This document shows, piece after piece, positions 1 through 9,597 of a stretch of DNA of 64,000 bases; the first letter of the stretch is position 1, and each line of letters opens with the position of its first letter. A program made the translations under genes and the position numbers. Under the pieces are notes generated by a model. That model worked only from the letters and a program-made list of their open reading frames with translations, ran no database searches and was not told the origin of the DNA. The DNA lies in the NCBI GenBank assembly GCA_963720885.1, contig CAVRGW010000004.1:18674-82673 (forward strand), given 5' to 3'. Source of the DNA: an uncultured Actinomycetes bacterium. GTDB taxonomy: Bacteria; Actinomycetota; Thermoleophilia; Gaiellales; JAICJC01.

Positions 1-1234
1 GAGCATGGCCCGCAAGGGCTTCCAGCTGGTGTACGGCTCGACGGCCAACCTGTTCGTCGACCGGCACGGCGAGTACATCGGCTACGGGCCGGAGGCCTGG
101 GAGCTGGTCGGCATGCCCGAGCCGGACACCTTCCAGCCGCTGCCCTGGGATCCGAAGATCGCCCGCGTCTGGTGCACCTGCTTCCGCGGCCGCGAGGACG
201 AGAAGGACGGCGGCTCGTTCCTCACCTCCGACTGCCGCGGCAACCTGAAGCGGATCCAGGCGGAGTTCGAGGACCGCACGGGCATGCACCTCCGCGCAGG
301 CACCGAGCCCGAGATGATGTGGCTCAAGCTGAAGCCGGACGGCACGCCCGATGTCGAGGGCGTGACCAAGCCCTACTGCTATCACATCGATCAGTTCTCC
401 GAGCTGCAGCCGATCATCCACAAGGTCATCGAGTACGGCCAGAAGATGGGCCTCGACATGATCCAGGGCGACCACGAGGACGCGCCCGGCCAGATCGAGC
501 TGAACTTCAACTTCGACCGCGCCGAGCAGACCGCCGACAACCTGTCGACGTTCCGCCAGATCTGCAAGCAGGTCGGCCGCGAGATGGGCGCGTTCCCGTG
601 CTTCATGCCGAAGCCGTTCATGGGCGTCTCGGCCAACGGCTGCCACCACAACATCTCGCTGTGGAAGGGCGACGAGAACACGTTCATGCCCGAGGGCGAG
701 GATCAGCGCAAGCCGAGCCAGATCGGCCTCTACTCGATCGGCGGCGTGCTCGAGCACCTGGGCGCGCTGACGGCGGTGACGGCATCGACCGTCAACTCGT
801 ACCGCCGGCTGTGGGACACCGGCTTCTGGGCGCCGGTCTTCGCCGACTGGGGCTTCCAGAACCGGACGACGGCGCTGCGCGTGTCGGCGCCGGGCCGGTT
901 CGAGTACCGGTCGGTCGATTCCGCGGTCAACCCGTACCTGTCGCTCGCCGCGCTGATCAAGGCGATGGACGACGGCATCAACCGCAAGGTCGATCCGGGC
1001 GAGCCCGAGGAGCGCAATATCTACGAGGCGATGGAGGCCGGCAAGGACGTCAAGAAGATCCCGATGACGTTCGGCGACGCCCTCGACGCGCTCGACGCGG
1101 ACGAGGTGATCCAGTCGGCCCTGCCGGACGAGATGTTCAAGGTCTTCCGTCACTACAAGCGCGACGAGTGGGAGCGGTACTGCGCGCAGGTCAGTGACTG
1201 GGACGTCAACGAGTACCTGGACGTGCTGCCCTAG
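1..1234 (+). CDS. Glutamine synthetase-family (gamma-glutamyl-amine ligase-like) protein, probably 5'-truncated by the window edge
   Basis: ORF 5..1234 is open to the window edge. GS catalytic motifs GTEPE, DHEDAPGQIE, NGCHHNISL, WGFQNRTTALR, FEYRSVD. Lies directly upstream of mgsABC-like genes. Confidence 0.85.
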   Translation, partial: SMARKGFQLVYGSTANLFVDRHGEYIGYGPEAWELVGMPEPDTFQPLPWDPKIARVWCTCFRGREDEKDGGSFLTSDCRGNLKRIQAEFEDRTGMHLRAGTEPEMMWLKLKPDGTPDVEGVTKPYCYHIDQFSELQPIIHKVIEYGQKMGLDMIQGDHEDAPGQIELNFNFDRAEQTADNLSTFRQICKQVGREMGAFPCFMPKPFMGVSANGCHHNISLWKGDENTFMPEGEDQRKPSQIGLYSIGGVLEHLGALTAVTASTVNSYRRLWDTGFWAPVFADWGFQNRTTALRVSAPGRFEYRSVDSAVNPYLSLAALIKAMDDGINRKVDPGEPEERNIYEAMEAGKDVKKIPMTFGDALDALDADEVIQSALPDEMFKVFRHYKRDEWERYCAQVSDWDVNEYLDVLP

Positions 1235-1262
1235 CGGCGGCGAAGGAGGAGAGGGCACCAAG

Positions 1263-2192
1263 GTGTGCGGAATCGCAGGAATCATCTACCGCGACGGCGC
1301 GCGTGACGTCGGGCGCGACATGACCCGGATGCTTCAGTCCATGAAGCACCGGGGGCCGGACTCGACCGGCTACGCGCTGTACGGCCCCACGCAGAAGGTG
1401 GTGCTGATGCGCTACAAGCTCGCCGACGCGAACGACCCCCGGGACTTCGACTTCTCGGAGCGCCTCGAGCGCAACAAGGCCGAGGTCGAGGCACGGCTCG
1501 CCGTGATCGGCGCGAATGTCCACGATGTGGAGCACGAGACGGACTACGCCTTCCGGGCGACCATGCGCTACGACGGCGACCTCAAGGAGCTCGCCGACTA
1601 CGTCGAGGACATCCCGGGCGCCGAGGTGCTGTCGCTCGGCCACTCGCTCGAGATCATCAAGGACCTGGGCGACGCCGAGACGGTGTCCAACCAGTACCAC
1701 CTGGACGACTTCTCGGGCACCCACGCCATCGGCCACGTGCGGATGGCGACCGAGTCCGACGTCGACATCTCGGGCGCCCATCCCTACTGGGCGTACCCGT
1801 TCTCCGACGTTGCCGTGGTCCACAACGGCCAGCTGACCAACTACTTCCAGTGGCGGCGGCGGCTCGAGCGCAGCGGCCACCGGTTCCAGTCGGAGTGCGA
1901 CTCCGAGGTGATCGCCGTGTACCTCGCCGAGAAGATGAGCGAGGGCATGTCGCTCGAGGAGTCCATGAACGCCAGCCTCGACGAGCTGGACGGCGTGTTC
2001 ACCTACATCTGCGTGACCGACGACGCGCTGGGCGTGGCGAAGGACGAGATGGCCGCGAAGCCGCTCGTCCTGTACGAGTCTGACGATCTGGTGGCGCTGG
2101 CCTCCGAGGAGATCGCGATCCGTGCCATCGTCGACCACGAGATCGACACGTACGACCCCTACGAGCGTGAGGTGCTGGTATGGAAGCGGTAG
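1263..2192 (+). CDS. mgsA: Class II (Ntn) glutamine amidotransferase, N-methylglutamate synthase subunit A (GlxB-like)
   Basis: GTG start at 1263 gives MCGIAG (N-terminal Cys nucleophile) after an AGGAGG RBS. Motifs HRGPDS, GHVRMAT, AHP, HNGQL, DSEV. Confidence 0.85.
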   Translation: MCGIAGIIYRDGARDVGRDMTRMLQSMKHRGPDSTGYALYGPTQKVVLMRYKLADANDPRDFDFSERLERNKAEVEARLAVIGANVHDVEHETDYAFRATMRYDGDLKELADYVEDIPGAEVLSLGHSLEIIKDLGDAETVSNQYHLDDFSGTHAIGHVRMATESDVDISGAHPYWAYPFSDVAVVHNGQLTNYFQWRRRLERSGHRFQSECDSEVIAVYLAEKMSEGMSLEESMNASLDELDGVFTYICVTDDALGVAKDEMAAKPLVLYESDDLVALASEEIAIRAIVDHEIDTYDPYEREVLVWKR

Positions 2193-2968
2193 GCGAGCGC
2201 CAGATCACGTATGACGCGCGCGGGCTCGTCGAGCCCGACGACACCACCCTCAAGGTCGCCGAGATCGACGGGGAGACGGCCGTCTTCGATGCGGCCGACA
2301 TGACCACCCGCAAGATCAACCTCGAGCTGAAGTGGCTGATCAACGAGCAGGGCGTCAAGGACGTCACCGTCAAGAACCCGGGCTCGAAGCACTCGCTCGG
2401 CGTCGGCATCCTGACCCGCTGCAAGATCACGTTCGAGGGCAGCCTCGGCTATTTCGGCTGCGGCCTGATCGACGGGCCCGAGGTGCACATCACAGGCCGG
2501 GTCGGCTGGTCGGCCTGCGAGAACATGATGTCTGGCGTCGTCGTCGTCGAGGGCAACGCCGGCTCGCTGACCGGTGCCGCGATGCGCGGCGGCGATCTGG
2601 TGATCAAGGGCAGGGCGGGCGCCCGGTCGGGCATCGACCAGAAGGGCGGGACGATCATCACGCTCGGCTCGGTCGGCTCGATGACCGGGTTCATGATGCA
2701 GCGCGGACGCCAGATCATCTGCGAGGACGCGGGCCCCGGCCTGGGCGACTCGATGTACGACGGCATCATCTATGTGGGCGGCAAGGTCAAGGCGCTCGGC
2801 ATCGACTGCGTGCCGGGTGAGTGGACGGATGCCGACACGGAGTTCATCGAGCGGAAGTTCCGCATCTATGGCCTGGGCTCCCCGCCGAAGTTCGACAAGT
2901 TCGTGTGCGGCAAGAAGCTCTACAACTACGACAGCCTCGAGCCTTCCGAGCGGAAGCTCGTGCTCTAG
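2180..2968 (+). CDS. mgsB: GXGXG beta-helix protein, N-methylglutamate synthase subunit B (GlxC-like)
   Basis: Repeated Gly-rich beta-helix motifs (GSLGYFGCG, ENMMSG, GNAG, MRGG, GDSMYDG). Overlaps mgsA. Confidence 0.85.
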   Translation: MEAVGERQITYDARGLVEPDDTTLKVAEIDGETAVFDAADMTTRKINLELKWLINEQGVKDVTVKNPGSKHSLGVGILTRCKITFEGSLGYFGCGLIDGPEVHITGRVGWSACENMMSGVVVVEGNAGSLTGAAMRGGDLVIKGRAGARSGIDQKGGTIITLGSVGSMTGFMMQRGRQIICEDAGPGLGDSMYDGIIYVGGKVKALGIDCVPGEWTDADTEFIERKFRIYGLGSPPKFDKFVCGKKLYNYDSLEPSERKLVL

Positions 2969-2982
2969 GACCAGGAGGCACG

Positions 2983-4428
2983 ATGGCGCAGAACGACGAA
3001 CTCGTCACACGCCGCCGGGCGGTGCTCGGGCACAGCCGGATCTTCACACCGGAGGTCATGAACGACATCCACATGAAGGCCGAGCTGGGTCGGTACCGCA
3101 TGCGCGGCTTCTCCATGTTCAAGCCGATCCCGCACTGGGACGAGCTGATGTTCATGCCCGGCACCCTCACTCGCTTCGTGATCGAGGGCTACCGCGAGAA
3201 GTGCGAGACCAAGACCGTGCTCGGGGCGCGCTTCGCCAAGAAGCCGATCGAGCTGGACATCCCCGTCTACATCACAGGCATGAGCTTCGGGGCGCTGTCC
3301 CTGGAGGCGAAGATGGCGCTCGCCAAGGGCGCGTCGATGGCCGGCACGGCGACCTGCTCGGGCGAGGGAGGCATGATCCCGCCCGAGCGCGATCTGTCGA
3401 CCAAGTGGTACTACCAGTGCATCCAGAGCCGGTACGGGTTCAACCCGCACCACCTGATGCTGGCCGACGCAGTCGAGTTCTTCATCGGCCAGGGCTGCAA
3501 GGTCGGGTTGGGCGGCCACCTGATGGGCCAGAAGGTGACGGAGCAGGTGGCCGAGATGCGGTCGCTGCCGGCCGGCATCGACCAGCGGTCGCCGGCACGG
3601 CACCCGGACTGGCTGGGGCCGGACGACCTCTCGCTGAAGATCCAGGAGATCCGCGAGGCCACCAACTACCAGATTCCGGTGCAGCTCAAGCTTGGCGCGG
3701 CGCGCGTGTACGACGACGTCCGCATGGCGGCCAAGTGCGGCCCGGACATCATCTACCTGGACGGCGCCGAGGGCGGCACGGGCGCAGGGCCGCACATCGC
3801 CACCGAGGAGACCGGCATCCCGCTGATGGCGGCCATCCCCGAGGCCCGGCGGGCGCTCGAGGACGTCGGCCTGGCCGACGAGATCGACCTGGTCGTGGCG
3901 GGCGGCATCCGCAACGGCGGCGATGTTGCCAAGGCGATCGCCCTGGGGGCGAAGGCCGTCGCGCTCGGGCACTCCTCTCTGATGGCGCTGAACTGCAACA
4001 AGGAGATCCCCGGCGTCACCGACTACGAGGGCACCGTCGGCGTCCCGGCGGGGTCCTGCTACCACTGCCACACAGGCCGCTGCCCGGTCGGCATCACGAC
4101 GCAGGATCCCGAGCTGCGCAAGCGGCTGGTCGTCGAGGAGGCAGCCGAGCGGGTCTACAACTTCCTCCACACCCTGACGCTCGAGGTGCAGATGCTGGCC
4201 CGGGCGTGCGGCAAGACCAACATCCACAGCCTGGAGCCCGAGGACCTGGCGGCGCTGACCGTCGAGGCGGCGGCGATGGCCAAGGTGCCGCTGGCGGGCA
4301 CGAACTACGTGCCGGGTGTGACCGAGGAGCGCACGCTGGCCGAGATGAAGGCCATGCTCGAGAAGCTGGTCTACGACCAGACCGAGCCCACCCAGGTGCC
4401 GAGCCACGCCCAGACGGCGGGAGACTGA
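2983..4428 (+). CDS. mgsC: FMN-binding glutamate synthase-family protein, N-methylglutamate synthase subunit C (GlxD-like)
   Basis: ATG 2983 after AGGAGG. Motifs GMSFGALS, SGEGG, GQGCKVGLGGHL, GGTGA, GGIRNGGD and the Fe-S motif CYHCHTGRCPVGITTQ. Confidence 0.88.
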   Translation: MAQNDELVTRRRAVLGHSRIFTPEVMNDIHMKAELGRYRMRGFSMFKPIPHWDELMFMPGTLTRFVIEGYREKCETKTVLGARFAKKPIELDIPVYITGMSFGALSLEAKMALAKGASMAGTATCSGEGGMIPPERDLSTKWYYQCIQSRYGFNPHHLMLADAVEFFIGQGCKVGLGGHLMGQKVTEQVAEMRSLPAGIDQRSPARHPDWLGPDDLSLKIQEIREATNYQIPVQLKLGAARVYDDVRMAAKCGPDIIYLDGAEGGTGAGPHIATEETGIPLMAAIPEARRALEDVGLADEIDLVVAGGIRNGGDVAKAIALGAKAVALGHSSLMALNCNKEIPGVTDYEGTVGVPAGSCYHCHTGRCPVGITTQDPELRKRLVVEEAAERVYNFLHTLTLEVQMLARACGKTNIHSLEPEDLAALTVEAAAMAKVPLAGTNYVPGVTEERTLAEMKAMLEKLVYDQTEPTQVPSHAQTAGD

Positions 4429-4429
4429 C

Positions 4430-4864
4430 ATGGCGAACCCGCAGGAACCACAGAAGATCGCATCGATCGACGCGGAGTACCTGTCCGGCCAACGCTTCCC
4501 CTACCAGGAGGACATGGGCCTGGTCGATGACGTCGACCTGGAGGCGTCGACGCCGGGTGACGACATCAACTGGCTCGAGGACATCCAGTTGCTCGAGGAG
4601 GAGGGGACGCCCGCCGTCTTCGACCGGTACTCGAACTCGTTCCTCAAGATCTACTTCGCGATTCCAGAGGGGCGGGAGGACGAAATTGCCCGCAAGGTGC
4701 TGATCAAACACCTCCAGGAAGGCAACTCCTACGGCATTCGCCTGAAGGAGTACCATTGCAAGTTCCCCCAGCCCGAGCTCGGCCCATGGGTCGAGGGGTC
4801 GAGGACGGTCGGCACCGATTGGAAGCCGCCCGTGCTCGAAGGCTGGGAGCCGCCGATGCACTAG
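4430..4864 (+). CDS. Acidic hypothetical protein, last gene of the mgs operon
   Basis: 144-aa ORF starting 1 nt after the mgsC stop, with a GGAGA RBS, high-GC third positions and a terminator downstream. Confidence 0.75.
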   Translation: MANPQEPQKIASIDAEYLSGQRFPYQEDMGLVDDVDLEASTPGDDINWLEDIQLLEEEGTPAVFDRYSNSFLKIYFAIPEGREDEIARKVLIKHLQEGNSYGIRLKEYHCKFPQPELGPWVEGSRTVGTDWKPPVLEGWEPPMH

Positions 4865-4895
4865 CTCCGGCGGCCGAAAGGCTCCGACCCCCGAT

Positions 4896-4933
4896 GGAGC
4901 GTCCGGTACTCCCCACCGGGCGCTCCTTCCTTT
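4896..4933 (+). terminator. Intrinsic terminator
   Basis: Hairpin GGAGCGTCCGGT-ACTCCCC-ACCGGGCGCTCC followed by TTCCTTT. Confidence 0.65.
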
Positions 4934-4993
4934 AACGAGGCTGAGCGGCACACTCAGACGGACGCGCGGCCCGCGCCCGGGCGTAGTTCCGGC

Positions 4994-5677
4994 ATGTTCG
5001 CGCCGCTGGCCATCGCCGCAGTGCTGATCGCCGGCCACTCGGCGCAGGGCCGGCCGATCGTCGCCCACCAGCTCGGCGACCCGGCCGGCGCGGAGCGCGT
5101 CATGGTGGTCGGCTGCATCCACGGCACGGAGTGCGCGGGCATGCGCGTCGTGCGAGTGCTGCGCACGATGCCGCTGCCGCCCGGCATCGATCTGTGGCTC
5201 GTCCCCGACCTCGACCCCGACGGCCTCGCGCATGGCACCCGGCTGAACGGGCGGGGCGTCGACCTCAATCGCAACTTCCCGGCGGGCTGGCGCCCCGGCG
5301 GCCGGCCGGGCGACCTCCGGTACCCCGGGCCGCGGCCGTTCTCCGAGCCTGAGTCGCGGGTCGCCCGGCGGCTGACCGGCCAGGTCCGGCCGGACGTCAC
5401 CATCTGGTACCACCAGCACATGAACCTGGTCTGGGCGTGGGGGCCGAGCCGCGCGGCGGGCGCCGCCTACGCGCGCGCCGCCGGCATGCGGTTCGCCCCG
5501 ATGCGGTGGCTGGCCGGCACGGCCCCGCACTGGCAGAACACCGCCCTCAAGGAGCGCTCATTCGTGGTCGAGCTTCCGGCCGGGACGCTCACCGCCGCCG
5601 CGGCACGGCGCCAGGCACGCGGCGTCCTGGCGGCGGCTACGCAGGGCACCGGCCTGGTTGCCCGCCCGATCGCGTAG
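4994..5677 (+). CDS. M14-family zinc peptidase (MpaA-like murein peptide amidase), probably exported
   Basis: Motifs GCIHGTE, NGRGVDLNRNF, SEPE, WYHQ, VELP. Hydrophobic N-terminus. Confidence 0.75.
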   Translation: MFAPLAIAAVLIAGHSAQGRPIVAHQLGDPAGAERVMVVGCIHGTECAGMRVVRVLRTMPLPPGIDLWLVPDLDPDGLAHGTRLNGRGVDLNRNFPAGWRPGGRPGDLRYPGPRPFSEPESRVARRLTGQVRPDVTIWYHQHMNLVWAWGPSRAAGAAYARAAGMRFAPMRWLAGTAPHWQNTALKERSFVVELPAGTLTAAAARRQARGVLAAATQGTGLVARPIA

Positions 5678-5687
5678 CCTGCGCGCC

Positions 5688-6230
5688 GTGCCCGTCCTGC
5701 TCGTCGCGGTCGCCTACGCGATCGGCTGCATCTCGCCCGGCTACCTGCTCGTGCGCCGCGCCACCGGGCTCGACCTGCGCGTCGCGCAGACCGGCAGCAC
5801 CGGCGCGCGCAACGCGGGGCGGATGGCCGGCCGGCGCGTGGGTGCCGCCGTGTTCGCGCTCGACGTCGGGAAGGGCGCGGTCGCCGTCGGGCTGGCCGCC
5901 CTGGCGGGCGCCGGCGACACGGCGGAGGCCGCCTGCCTGCTGGCCGTGGTGACCGGCCACGTGCTCCCGGTGCAGCTTCGCCTGCGTGGCGGCCGGGGGC
6001 TCTCGCCGGCGCTGGGTGGGCTGCTGGTGGCCCTACCGCCGGCCGCGCTCGCGGCCCTCGTCGCCTGCGCGGCCGTCGCGATGGGGACGAGACAGATGGT
6101 TGCCGCCGGCATCGCCGGAGCAGCAACCGGCGCCGCCGCCACCTGGCTGCTCGAGCCGGGCTGGGCGGCGGCGCTGGTCAGCGCGACGGCGGTCGTGATC
6201 TGCGCGGCACACTTCCGACGAGTCGGGTGA
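5688..6230 (+). CDS. PlsY-like glycerol-3-phosphate acyltransferase-family membrane protein (divergent)
   Basis: AYAIGCISPG, DLR..TGSTGARN, LDVGKG, GH..PV.L.LRGGRG. C-terminal motif is shortened. Confidence 0.7.
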   Translation: MPVLLVAVAYAIGCISPGYLLVRRATGLDLRVAQTGSTGARNAGRMAGRRVGAAVFALDVGKGAVAVGLAALAGAGDTAEAACLLAVVTGHVLPVQLRLRGGRGLSPALGGLLVALPPAALAALVACAAVAMGTRQMVAAGIAGAATGAAATWLLEPGWAAALVSATAVVICAAHFRRVG

Positions 6231-6257
6231 TCAGGGGGACTCAACGGCGTGCGGAAT

Positions 6258-6313
6258 TGTGCCAGGGGTCAGGATCCTTGGCACTGTGCCAAGGATCCTG
6301 ACCCCCTGGCACA
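6258..6313. repeat. Long near-perfect palindrome (REP-like) between convergent genes
   Basis: TGTGCCAGGGGTCAGGATCCTTGGCAC-T-GTGCCAAGGATCCTGACCCCCTGGCACA: 27-bp arms with one extra C. Confidence 0.85.
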
Positions 6314-6332
6314 CCCACAGCGCGCCGCCTAA

Positions 6333-7637
6333 TCAGCTCCAGGGATAGGGGCTGTTCGAGACCGGGTGCAGGTCGCCGGTCGCGAAGCGTTCGAACCGGA
6401 ACGGCCGCAGCACGCTGGAGTGGCCGCCGGTCATCACCTTCGCGACCTCGCGCCCCACGCCGATCATCTTGTACCCGTGGTTCGAGTCGGCGATCACGTA
6501 CGCGTTCGGCCGCATGTAGTCGAAGATCGGGAAGCTGTCGACGGTGAAGCAGCCGACGCCGCCGGAGCGGATGTTCTTGTACGTCGCACGCTTGCCCTCG
6601 AACCGCTTCATGCAGTGCGACAGCGAGGCGCACCACATGTCGGCGAAGCCCGGCTCGACCGAGGCGGTCGGGTACGGGTCGACGTCGAACTGCTCGCCGA
6701 CGATCACGGGCGCCGCGCCGCCCTGCACGCCGTGCAGGTCCTGCTTGAAGTAGTTGCCCCAGAACTCGTCGGTGATCAGCTTGCCTTCGTCGTCGTACAG
6801 CGGGGCGTCCGAGTCGACGTGCAACACCGGCGGCATGCTGCCGTCCTCCAGCGAGAGCAGCGACGGGTCGACCTCGATCTCGCCCTCCTGCAGGTACCAG
6901 TACGTCCACATGTGCTGGTCCTTGTGCACGTCGCCGGACGGCGTCCGCACATCCGTGTGGTCGGGCAGGCCGAGCATCTCCCACAGCTCCGCGACCCACG
7001 GCCCGACGGCGATCACGACCTGCTCCACGGCGATGTCGCCCTGGTCGGTCCTGACGGTCGTCACCGCGCCGGAGCCGTCCATGTCGAAGCCGGTGACCCG
7101 CACGCCGTCGACGATCCGGGCGCCGGCCTCCCTGGCCTTCGCGGCCAGGCCATGCATCGACGCCATGTTGTTGGCGAAGCCGCCCTTGTGCTCGTGCAGC
7201 GCGACGTGCACGCCCTGCGCCCGCCAGTCCGGGAACATGGTGGTCATGTGGGTGCGCACCTCGTCCTCGCCGACGATCAGGTCGGACGGGTAGCCGATCC
7301 GCTGCTGCCGCTCGTGCACCTCGGTGAGGTCGCCGACCTGGCGCTCGGCGCCAAGCGCCATGTAGCCGACCGGGTGGTACGAGAAGGCCTGCGGATCCTG
7401 CTCCCAGACCTCGACGTTGACGGCCATCAGCTCGCTCATCGCGGGCTGGTAGTAGTTGTTGCGCACGACCCCGCAGGCGATGCCGGATGCCCCGGCGCCC
7501 ACGCCGGTCTTGTCGACCAGCAACACGTCCGGCTCCTCACCGGCCGCCCGCTGCTCCCTGGCGAGGTGCCAGGCGGTGGAAAGACCATGCACCCCGGCGC
7601 CGATGACCAGGTACCTCGCGCTCTGCGGCAGACTCAT
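6333..7637 (-). CDS. FAD-dependent amine oxidoreductase (DAO / sarcosine oxidase beta family)
   Basis: N-terminal VIGAGVHGLSTAWHL, GASGIACGVVR, C-terminal HGYKM and PFRFERF. Confidence 0.85.
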   Translation of the reverse strand: MSLPQSARYLVIGAGVHGLSTAWHLAREQRAAGEEPDVLLVDKTGVGAGASGIACGVVRNNYYQPAMSELMAVNVEVWEQDPQAFSYHPVGYMALGAERQVGDLTEVHERQQRIGYPSDLIVGEDEVRTHMTTMFPDWRAQGVHVALHEHKGGFANNMASMHGLAAKAREAGARIVDGVRVTGFDMDGSGAVTTVRTDQGDIAVEQVVIAVGPWVAELWEMLGLPDHTDVRTPSGDVHKDQHMWTYWYLQEGEIEVDPSLLSLEDGSMPPVLHVDSDAPLYDDEGKLITDEFWGNYFKQDLHGVQGGAAPVIVGEQFDVDPYPTASVEPGFADMWCASLSHCMKRFEGKRATYKNIRSGGVGCFTVDSFPIFDYMRPNAYVIADSNHGYKMIGVGREVAKVMTGGHSSVLRPFRFERFATGDLHPVSNSPYPWS

Positions 7638-7654
7638 TGCTCCTCCTATTGCCT

Positions 7655-8449
7655 TTACGGCAATGTCATTTCACTGGGCTCCGGCCCAGTGTACCCGAGG
7701 GACGCCGACAGCGCATCACACGCCTGGAGCAGAGCGGGAAGCGCCGCCTCGCGTCGTCGACGGCGGAACCGGTCGGCGGGGCCCTGGATGCCCAGCACCG
7801 CGGCGAGATCGCCGTTGGCCCCGAACACCGGTGCGGCGAGGGCGTTCAGATCGGCCTCGCGCTCGCGCACGGCCTGTGCCCATCCCTGTTTGCGCACGGC
7901 ATCGATCTCGCGGCGCAGCACCTTGGGCTCGGTGATCGTGCGGTCGGTGTACGCGTCGAGCGCGCCCGGAGCCCGGACGCCGCGGGCGAACGCCAGCATT
8001 ACCTTGCCGGTGGCGGTGGCGTGGGCGATGCTCGGGCGGCCGACGCGGGCGATGCTGGCGACGGCGGCGCTGCTCGCCACGAAGTCGACGGTCACCGCCT
8101 CGCCCTCGCCGGGGATCGACAGCGTCGTGGTCTCGCCGGTGGCGGCCTCCAGCGCGGCCAGGTGCGGCCGCGCCGACGCCCGCAGATCGACGCTCGACAG
8201 CGCGTGGTTCGCCAGCCGCATCAGCTGAGGGCCGAGCCGGTAGCGGCCGGTCTCGCTGACGTACTCGACGTACCCGCCGGCGACCAGCGTCGCCAGCAGG
8301 CGCGACACCGTGCTGGCGTTGATCTGCGTCCGCCGCGAGAGCTCGTTGGTGCCGACCTCGCCAGGCAGCTCGAGGAATGCGTCCAGCACGCGCATGGCGC
8401 GCTCGACGGCTTCCAGCTTGCGCTCCGCGGGACGTCCTGTGGGCGGCAC
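7655..8449 (-). CDS. IclR-family transcriptional regulator
   Basis: AVERAMRVLD..ELSRR..STVSRLLATL..YRLG HTH, ATATGKVML, AAPVF. GTG start at 8449 within ORF 7655..9541. Confidence 0.88.
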   Translation of the reverse strand: MPPTGRPAERKLEAVERAMRVLDAFLELPGEVGTNELSRRTQINASTVSRLLATLVAGGYVEYVSETGRYRLGPQLMRLANHALSSVDLRASARPHLAALEAATGETTTLSIPGEGEAVTVDFVASSAAVASIARVGRPSIAHATATGKVMLAFARGVRAPGALDAYTDRTITEPKVLRREIDAVRKQGWAQAVREREADLNALAAPVFGANGDLAAVLGIQGPADRFRRRRREAALPALLQACDALSASLGYTGPEPSEMTLP

Positions 8450-8479
8450 GCGCCCTATTGTGCCGTACACTCGGGCCCG

Positions 8480-9580
8480 ATGGGTCGAGCCACCGCTCAA
8501 CGCACCCCGTTCGACGGTGCGTTCCGCGCGATCGCGGGCGCGGCCTTCGAGGTAGCTGACGGCTGGGAGACGGTCGCGGACTTCGGCGATCCGGTGGCCG
8601 AGCACCGCGCCGTCCGCGAGGGCTGCGGGGTGTGGGACGCCTCCCCGCTCCGCAAATGGGACGTCCGCGGCCCCGGCGCCGCCCTCGCCGTGGAGCGGTT
8701 CTTCACCAACGAGATGGGGACGCTGCATCGCGGCCAGCTCCGCTACGGCGCGTTCTGCGACGACGACGGGATGATGCTCGGCGATGGCATCGCCTTCCGC
8801 TTCGCCGAGCAGGAGTTCGGCCTGGTGACCCGCCTGGAGACTGACGGCGAGGCGTTCGCCGAGGCCGCCGGCGACGCTGAGTACGAGCTGAAGGACGTCA
8901 CGGCTGACGCTCCGCACCTGCAGCTGCAGGGCCCCGGCTCGCGCGCGGTGCTGGAGGCGCTCGCGCGCCGCGACCTGCGCGGCCTGCGCTACTACCGGTT
9001 CCTGCCCGAACCGATGCTGGTCGGCGGCGCGCCGGTGTCGATCGCGCGCTGCGGCTACACCGGCGAGCTGGGCTACGAGCTGTACACCGAGCCGGCTCAC
9101 GCCGGGCGGCTGCTGGACGCCATCATCGGCACCCGGCGCGTGCGGCCCTACGGCACGCGGGCGATGGAGACCCTGCGGCGCGAGGCCGGGCTGATCCTGC
9201 TCGGCCTCGACTTCGAGCCCGGTGCCAGCGACCCCTTCGAGCTCGGACTCGACCGCGTCGTGCGGCTGGCCAAGCCGGCCTTCCGCGGCCGCGACGCGCT
9301 GCTCCGGCGCTCCGCGCGGGGCGTGGCGCGGCGGCTGGCTTCCCTGGTGATGGACGGCGAGGAGCCGCCGGCGCCCGGTGCCGAGGTACGCGCCTGCGGG
9401 CGCGCCGTCGGCGAGGTGCGAAGCGCTGGGCTGGCGCCGACCGTCGGCCGGCCGGTGGCGCTGGCCGTGCTCGAGACCGCCGAGATCGAGGAGGGCCGGC
9501 GGGTCGAGATCGACGGGCAGGGCGCTCGGGTCACCACGCATCCGGCGTACGATCCGGAGAAACTGCGAACGAGGTCATAG
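8480..9580 (+). CDS. GcvT-like aminomethyltransferase (folate-binding) protein
   Basis: RTPF, EHRAVR, LQGPGSR, RCGYTGELGYE, LRREAG, YDPEKLR. ATG at 8480. Confidence 0.85.
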   Translation: MGRATAQRTPFDGAFRAIAGAAFEVADGWETVADFGDPVAEHRAVREGCGVWDASPLRKWDVRGPGAALAVERFFTNEMGTLHRGQLRYGAFCDDDGMMLGDGIAFRFAEQEFGLVTRLETDGEAFAEAAGDAEYELKDVTADAPHLQLQGPGSRAVLEALARRDLRGLRYYRFLPEPMLVGGAPVSIARCGYTGELGYELYTEPAHAGRLLDAIIGTRRVRPYGTRAMETLRREAGLILLGLDFEPGASDPFELGLDRVVRLAKPAFRGRDALLRRSARGVARRLASLVMDGEEPPAPGAEVRACGRAVGEVRSAGLAPTVGRPVALAVLETAEIEEGRRVEIDGQGARVTTHPAYDPEKLRTRS

Positions 9581-9597
9581 AGCGAGAGGAGCACGAC

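Noticed and set aside
1263-4428. Split glutamate synthase (gltB) as the annotation
   Set aside because: The three stand-alone domains with a GS-like gene and no gltD fit mgsABC/glxBCD better.
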